Positions 27,089-32,000 of a DNA stretch of 32,000 bases are shown here, in pieces; position 1 is the stretch's first letter, and each line of letters begins with the position of its first letter. This DNA is from Geotalea daltonii FRC-32 (GTDB lineage: Bacteria > Desulfobacterota > Desulfuromonadia > Geobacterales > Geobacteraceae). Where the stretch lies: the NCBI RefSeq assembly GCF_000022265.1, contig NC_011979.1, positions 1,320,001 through 1,352,000 of the forward strand. The letters run 5' to 3'. The notes beneath the pieces are model-generated. The model searched no databases and was not told the origin of the DNA. It saw nothing but the letters and a program-made list of their open reading frames with translations. The translations under genes were made by a program, and so were the position numbers.

Positions 27089-28519
27089 ATGAATAGAATA
27101 AAAAATATGTTGTATCTTTCCTTGGGGGCACTCCTCTGGTTGAGCGGTTGCGCCACGACCATGGCCCCTGAATATAGCCAGCCCGCCGCACCGGTGACCA
27201 ATGCCTGGCCCAGCGGCCCCGCTTACAAGACGGAAGCCGCCAAACCGGAACAAAAACCGCTGGCTGAAATCCCGTGGCAGGAGTTCTTCGTCGACCCCCA
27301 GCTGCAGAAACTGATCGCCCTGGCCTTGGACAACAACCGCGACCTGCGAGTTTCCATTCTCAACATGGAGCGGTTCAGAGCCCAGTACCAGATCAGGCGC
27401 GCTGACCTGTTTCCCAATGTGGATGCCACAGCAGGAGCAACCTATCAGCGGATTCCTGAAGATTTCTCGGCCACCGGCCGGGCAACTACCGTTCACCAGT
27501 ACGACGTGGGGTTGGGAGTCAGCTCCTATGAGGTGGACCTGTTCGGCCGGGTGCGAAGCCTGAAGGACCAGGCTCTGGAACAGTATCTGTCCACAGAACA
27601 GGCCCGACGCAGTGTCCAGATCAGTCTCGTATCCCAGGTGGCTACTGCCTATCTTACACTGGCGTCGGACTTGGAGCGCCTCAAACTGGCCAAGGACACC
27701 CTGGCTAACCAGCAGGAATCTTTCAAGCTGACCAAAAGCCGTTTCGACTCCGGCGTTTCTTCGGCTCTGGACCTGCAACAGGCTCAGACCAGCGTGGATG
27801 CTGCGCGGGTGGACATTGCGCGCTTCACTGCCCTTACAGCCCAGGATGCAAACGGTTTGAACCTGGTGGTAGGGGCATCTGTGCCAGCGGAACTGCTGCC
27901 CCAGTCCCTTTCCGAGACGCTGACAGCATTGAAAGATGTGGCCCCGGGCCTCCCTTCTGATGTGCTCCTGTATCGTCCAGACATTCTCCAGGCCGAATTC
28001 CTGCTTAAGGGTGCCAATGCCAATATCGGCGCGGCGCGGGCTGCCTTCTTTCCCCGCATTACGCTGACCTCCAACGTCGGCTTCGGCAGCGACGAACTGG
28101 GGGGGCTCTTCAAAGGAGGCGCCTTCACTTGGGGCTTTACGCCGAGGATATCGGTGCCGATCTTCGAGGGGGGGCGCAATCGCGCCAACCTGAAGGTGGC
28201 GGAAGTTGACCGGGATATCGCTGTGGCCCAGTATGAAAAGGCCATTCAAGTCGCCTTCCGCGAGGTAGCCGACGCTCTGGCCCAACGGGGAACCATTGAC
28301 GAGCAGGTGGCGGCGCAACAGTCACTTACCGATGCCACTGCCGAAAGTTTCCGCCTTTCCGAGGCCCGTTACGAAAGAGGGGTCGACAGCTACCTCAATG
28401 TCCTCGATTCGCAGCGTTCCTTGTATGCAGCCCAACAGAACCTGATTAGCGCCCGTTTGATACGGCTCAACAACCTGGTTAGCCTGTACAAGGTGCTGGG
28501 GGGTGGGGCAGGCAAGTAA
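27089..28519 (+). CDS. RND efflux outer membrane factor lipoprotein (OprM/NodT family)
   Basis: The ATG at 27089 lies 1 nt after the pump stop codon and follows AGGAGG. The lipobox is LWLSGC. The duplicated alpha/beta repeat typical of OMF proteins is present, and the C-terminus is LYKVLGGG. Confidence 0.93.
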   Translation: MNRIKNMLYLSLGALLWLSGCATTMAPEYSQPAAPVTNAWPSGPAYKTEAAKPEQKPLAEIPWQEFFVDPQLQKLIALALDNNRDLRVSILNMERFRAQYQIRRADLFPNVDATAGATYQRIPEDFSATGRATTVHQYDVGLGVSSYEVDLFGRVRSLKDQALEQYLSTEQARRSVQISLVSQVATAYLTLASDLERLKLAKDTLANQQESFKLTKSRFDSGVSSALDLQQAQTSVDAARVDIARFTALTAQDANGLNLVVGASVPAELLPQSLSETLTALKDVAPGLPSDVLLYRPDILQAEFLLKGANANIGAARAAFFPRITLTSNVGFGSDELGGLFKGGAFTWGFTPRISVPIFEGGRNRANLKVAEVDRDIAVAQYEKAIQVAFREVADALAQRGTIDEQVAAQQSLTDATAESFRLSEARYERGVDSYLNVLDSQRSLYAAQQNLISARLIRLNNLVSLYKVLGGGAGK

Positions 28520-28547
28520 CAGAAGGGGAGGATGTTACCGATGTTCT

Positions 28548-28584
28548 GAGCCCGACGGAAATTTTCCGCCGGGCTCTTTTTATT
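28548..28584 (+). terminator. rho-independent terminator of the RND operon
   Basis: The hairpin gagcccgacgg-aaatttt-ccgccgggctc has one mismatch and is followed by TTTTTATTT. Confidence 0.8.
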
Positions 28585-28619
28585 TCCCCCAGTGGCTTTT
28601 CCGGTTAAATAAACTTTCC

Positions 28620-28660
28620 TTGACAGATAGATAAAAATGAATTAGTTTGATATTAAATTA
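28620..28660 (+). promoter_or_regulatory. candidate marR promoter with overlapping operator
   Basis: TTGACA at 28620-28625 is followed by a 17-nt spacer and then TAGTTT. The operator-like motif AATTAGTTTGATATTAAA (28640-28657) overlaps the -10 region. Confidence 0.45.
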
Positions 28661-28689
28661 TATCCACCTGAACAAAATGAGGTGCTCTT

Positions 28690-29136
28690 ATGTACGCAAA
28701 GAACAATCCATCATTCCTGTCCTTGAATACCTACACAAAGCTGATGCGGGCTGCGGAGTCGGTTACGGTCAGGGTAAACCGCCACATGTCGGCTGCGGAC
28801 CTGACCATCAGCCAGTTCGGCGTTCTCGAAGCCCTGTACCACAAAGGGCCTCTCTGTCAGCGGGACCTGGCAGCGAAGATCCTCAAAAGCACCGGCAATA
28901 TCACCATGGTCATCGATAACCTGGAAAAACGCCACCTGGTCAGGCGGGAACGGGACAGCGAGGACAGACGTTACCTGACCATTTATCTGACGGATGAAGG
29001 GACAGCGCTGATCGCCGAGGTTTTTACTGCAGTGGAAGCAGCTATCGTTAAAGAAATGTCGGAACTGTCCGAAAAGGAACAGGAGCAGCTGGGCATTCTG
29101 TGCAAAAAACTCGGCTTGAAAAAAGGGAGAAAGTAA
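28690..29136 (+). CDS. MarR family transcriptional regulator
   Basis: The winged-HTH region reads LTISQFGVLEALYHKGPLCQRDLAAKILKSTGNITMVIDNLEKRHLVRRERDSEDRR. A GAGGTG RBS is present. Confidence 0.9.
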   Translation: MYAKNNPSFLSLNTYTKLMRAAESVTVRVNRHMSAADLTISQFGVLEALYHKGPLCQRDLAAKILKSTGNITMVIDNLEKRHLVRRERDSEDRRYLTIYLTDEGTALIAEVFTAVEAAIVKEMSELSEKEQEQLGILCKKLGLKKGRK

Positions 29137-29157
29137 AAAAAGGAAAAAATTTAGTCA

Positions 29158-29178
29158 ATTAGTTTAATATCAAACAGT
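29158..29178. promoter_or_regulatory. second copy of the MarR-type operator motif upstream of yceI
   Basis: AATTAGTTTAATATCAAA. Its 12-nt core is the exact reverse complement of the core at 28646-28657. Confidence 0.5.
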
Positions 29179-29211
29179 ATTGTTCCTAACCAACACCAAA
29201 AGGAGAAAACC

Positions 29212-29811
29212 ATGAAAAAAGCAATCGCATCCATAACTGCCATTATCGCCCTGGCACTGCCGCTGGTGGCTTCAGCCTCCACCTGGAACATCGACCCCGA
29301 CCATTCAAATGTTGGATTTAAGGTACGACACCTGATGGTTTCCAACGTGAAAGGCAGTTTTGACAAGTACACGGGAAAAATCGAGCTGGATGACAAGGAC
29401 ATTACCAGATCAAGGGTAACAGTGGCCATCGACACCAACACGGTCAACACCAACGTGCAGAAACGGGATGAGCACCTGCGGAGTGCGGACTTCTTTGACG
29501 TTGCCAAATATCCGACCATGACTTTCGTTTCGAAAAAAATTGCCAAGGCAGGCAAAGACAAGCTCAAAATGACGGGGGACCTGACTCTTCACGGGATTAC
29601 CCGCCCGGTAGTGTTGGCTGTGGAAGGGCTGTCAAAAGAGAGCAAGGACCCATGGGGTAACATCCGCCGCGGTGCTATGGCTACGACCAAAATAAATCGC
29701 AAGGATTTCGGTCTGGTGTGGAATGCTGCATTGGAAACCGGTGGGGTTACGGTCGGCGATGAAGTGACAATTACTCTGGAGATCGAGTTGATCAAGGCTC
29801 AGGCAAAATAG
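29212..29811 (+). CDS. yceI: YceI family periplasmic (polyisoprenoid/lipid-binding) protein
   Basis: A signal peptide is present. Motifs WNIDPDHSNVGFKVRHLMVSNVKGSF, HLRSADFFDV.KYPTMTF and LTLHGITRPV are YceI hallmarks. Confidence 0.9.
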   Translation: MKKAIASITAIIALALPLVASASTWNIDPDHSNVGFKVRHLMVSNVKGSFDKYTGKIELDDKDITRSRVTVAIDTNTVNTNVQKRDEHLRSADFFDVAKYPTMTFVSKKIAKAGKDKLKMTGDLTLHGITRPVVLAVEGLSKESKDPWGNIRRGAMATTKINRKDFGLVWNAALETGGVTVGDEVTITLEIELIKAQAK

Positions 29812-29837
29812 CGGGATCCTGGGGCTGTACGCAAAAA

Positions 29838-29870
29838 TAAAGGGGGTGGCAGGCAGCCATCCCCTTTTGT
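29838..29870. terminator. bidirectional terminator between convergent yceI and tatA
   Basis: The hairpin aaagggggtggc-aggca-gccatccccttt has an A-run on its 5' side and a T-run on its 3' side. Confidence 0.7.
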
Positions 29871-29896
29871 CTTTAAAGCAGGGTCGTCAGAAAGAA

Positions 29897-30088
29897 TCAC
29901 CTTTCTTTTTTTGCCTCATCATCTTTGGTGGGCTTGATTTCTATTTCATCCTTGCCGTCAGATGCACGCTTGAAATTTTTAATGCTTTTGCCCAGTGCGC
30001 TGCCGATTTCCGGCAGTTTTCCCGCTCCAAATACAACCATGACGATTACCAGGATGACAATAAGTTCCGGCATGCCGAATCCAAACAT
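29897..30088 (-). CDS. tatA: twin-arginine translocase subunit TatA/E (63 aa)
   Basis: [42 protein letters not shown] matches the TatA consensus. The ATG at 30086-30088 follows GGAGGA, so I trimmed the longer track ORF. Confidence 0.9.
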   Translation of the reverse strand: MFGFGMPELIVILVIVMVVFGAGKLPEIGSALGKSIKNFKRASDGKDEIEIKPTKDDEAKKER

Positions 30089-30254
30089 AGATCCTCCACA
30101 TTTTGTGCAAATTTGTAGCAAGTATTGCATTGCACATGTAAAAAATCAAGAAATTACCTGTTCTTTCTGACCTTCCGGGGGCGACAAATTAATTGCACAT
30201 TAATCTTGGGACCAGTATATTAGGGAAAAAATAAGAAGGTGAGGAATAACTGAA

Positions 30255-30701
30255 GTGAAAAGGATTCTGCTGGTTGAGGACAATCCCGATGATGAGGCTT
30301 TGACCCTGCGGGCATTGCAAAAGGTTGCTCTCAATGACGAAATTGTCATTGCCCGTGATGGGGTTGAGGCTCTCGATATTGCCTTCGGCCGAGGAGAGTA
30401 TGGCAACGGTAACGGGAGCAGTAAGCCTCGTCTGATACTGCTGGACCTCAAACTGCCAAAGGTGGACGGGCTGGAAGTGCTGCGCCAGTTGCGAGCCAAC
30501 AGCGAAACCCGGACAATTCCGATCGTTGTTTTTACCTCTTCTTCGGAAGAGCTGGACATTCTGCACAGCTATTGTCTTGGGGCGAACAGCTATATCCGCA
30601 AGCCGGTGGAATTCAGCCAGTTCTGCGACGCACTGCGCCAGATAAGTGGCTATTGGCTGTCTTTATGCCAGCTGCCTCCGCAAATTGATTGCCAACGATG
30701 A
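30255..30701 (+). CDS. single-domain response regulator (CheY/Rcp1-like receiver only)
   Basis: The start codon is GTG. The acidic pocket is VEDNPDDE. The phospho-acceptor is in LILLDLKLPKVDG. VVFTSS and YIRKP supply the conserved T/S and K. There is no output domain. Confidence 0.88.
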   Translation: MKRILLVEDNPDDEALTLRALQKVALNDEIVIARDGVEALDIAFGRGEYGNGNGSSKPRLILLDLKLPKVDGLEVLRQLRANSETRTIPIVVFTSSSEELDILHSYCLGANSYIRKPVEFSQFCDALRQISGYWLSLCQLPPQIDCQR

Positions 30702-30772
30702 CCGGCAGCTGAACAGTGTCTCCCCCTCTCCCCTTCTATGCAAGACCACGCATAACATGATATCATCCTTCT

Positions 30773-32000
30773 ATGGATTTCAGACTAAGCAGTGACTACA
30801 AGCCACGGGGTGACCAGCCCCAGGCCATAGACGAGCTTACCCAAGGTATTATTCGGGGGGATCGTGATCAGGTGCTTCTGGGGGTGACCGGCTCCGGCAA
30901 GACCTTTACCATGGCCAACATCATCGCCAACATCAATCGCCCGGCGCTGATCCTGGCCCCCAACAAGACGCTTGCAGCCCAGCTCTACGGCGAATTCAAG
31001 GAGCTGTTTCCTGACAATGCAGTGGAGTATTTCGTCTCCTACTATGACTATTACCAGCCCGAGGCCTATCTTCCCACCACCGACACCTTCATCGAAAAAG
31101 ATTCATCCATCAATGACGAGATCGACAAGATGCGTCACTCGGCTACCCGCTCCCTGCTCACCCGTCGCGACGTCATCATCGTTGCATCTGTTTCCTGCAT
31201 TTACGGCATCGGCTCGCCCGCTTCCTATCAGGAGATGCACATCTTCTTCCACCAGGGGGACGATGTTCCCCGGGACGAATTTCTGAAAAAGCTGGTCGCC
31301 ATCCAGTACGAAAGGAATGATGTCGATTTCCACCGCGGTACCTTCCGGGTCAGGGGGGACATCGTCGAGGTGTTTCCTGCCCACGACGATGAAAGGGCAC
31401 TGCGCATCGAATTTTTTGGCGATACGGTAGAGGCCATTTCGGAGATCGACCCCCTGCGCGGCCAAGTGATCCAGAAACTGGCAAAGTGCGCCATCTATCC
31501 GGCCTCCCATTATGTGGCCAACAAGGAGACCCTGGACCGGGCCATCGAGCAGATCCGCCTGGAACTGGAGGAACGGATCCGCTATTTTCGTGAGCAGAAC
31601 ATGCTGCTGGAAGCCCAGCGCATCGAGCAGCGCACCTTTTTCGACATTGAAATGATGGAAGAGATGGGATTCTGCCAGGGGATAGAGAATTATTCCCGGC
31701 ATTTCGATGGGCGCTCAGCCGGCGAGCCACCCTATACCCTGATCGACTACTTCCCCGGAGATTTCGTGCTCTTTATCGATGAATCCCACATCACCGTTTC
31801 CCAAGTGGGGGGGATGTATCGGGGGGACCGCAGCCGCAAGGAAACGCTGGTCAACTACGGCTTCCGCCTTCCTTCGGCCCTGGACAACCGGCCCCTCAAC
31901 TTCCAGGAGTTCACGAAAAAGTTGAACCAGACGGTCTATGTATCCGCGACGCCGGCTGAATACGAGCTGAAACAGGCGGGGGGCGTAGTTGTGGAGCAGG
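30773..32000 (+). CDS. uvrB: excinuclease ABC subunit B, 5' partial (runs off the window)
   Basis: I translated this by hand: [26 protein letters not shown]...[17 protein letters not shown]...[14 protein letters not shown]...FIDESHIT. An in-frame TGA at 30758 fixes the ATG at 30773 as the first possible start. The ORF is missing from the track because no stop codon lies in the window. Confidence 0.95.
   Translation, partial: MDFRLSSDYKPRGDQPQAIDELTQGIIRGDRDQVLLGVTGSGKTFTMANIIANINRPALILAPNKTLAAQLYGEFKELFPDNAVEYFVSYYDYYQPEAYLPTTDTFIEKDSSINDEIDKMRHSATRSLLTRRDVIIVASVSCIYGIGSPASYQEMHIFFHQGDDVPRDEFLKKLVAIQYERNDVDFHRGTFRVRGDIVEVFPAHDDERALRIEFFGDTVEAISEIDPLRGQVIQKLAKCAIYPASHYVANKETLDRAIEQIRLELEERIRYFREQNMLLEAQRIEQRTFFDIEMMEEMGFCQGIENYSRHFDGRSAGEPPYTLIDYFPGDFVLFIDESHITVSQVGGMYRGDRSRKETLVNYGFRLPSALDNRPLNFQEFTKKLNQTVYVSATPAEYELKQAGGVVVEQ

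Noticed and set aside
26993-28318. 441-aa minus-strand ORF
   Set aside because: It is antisense to the OprM-family gene. Its composition is Arg/Gly/Pro-rich, typical of the reverse frame of a GC-rich gene.
31103-31730. Minus-strand ORFs of 199, 88 and 126 aa
   Set aside because: They are antisense to the open-ended uvrB reading frame.

Overview
This window looks like chromosomal DNA from a Geobacter-like deltaproteobacterium. That assignment is an inference from gene content and from protein sequences I recall, not from a search. The gene order from left to right is as follows. (1) 105-3673 holds small secreted, membrane or stress-type genes: an SDR oxidoreductase, a 53-aa Cys/His protein, a Gly/Ser/Tyr-rich secreted repeat protein, a DUF922 HExxH protein, a DUF3309 protein and a secreted coiled-coil protein. 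(2) 3875-16894 is a 13-kb same-strand cluster for trehalose and alpha-glucan metabolism, in the order treZ, GH57/DUF3536, treY, glgE, treS-maltokinase fusion. Both spacers flanking the GH57 gene are filled with unusual repeats. (3) Next come a small secreted-protein gene and tRNA-Arg(TCG). (4) 17.5-21.8 kb is a lower-GC segment with an orphan AAA+ ATPase, an AT-rich repeat-bearing spacer and an overlapping GT-C/GT2 glycosyltransferase pair. (5) A TetR regulator precedes an RND efflux operon (adaptor, pump, outer-membrane factor), and two matching palindromic operators are present. (6) A MarR-YceI pair shares an operator motif. (7) The window ends with tatA, a receiver-only response regulator, and the 5' 1.2 kb of uvrB. 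uvrB is absent from the supplied ORF track because it has no stop codon in the window. I found no CRISPR array, transposase, integrase or recognisable defence system. The most unusual items are the 7-bp-phased repeat tract between treZ and the GH57 gene, the GH57/DUF3536 gene sitting where treX or glgB normally would, and the tRNA-flanked low-GC segment. Most long antisense ORFs in the track are shadow ORFs from high GC content.
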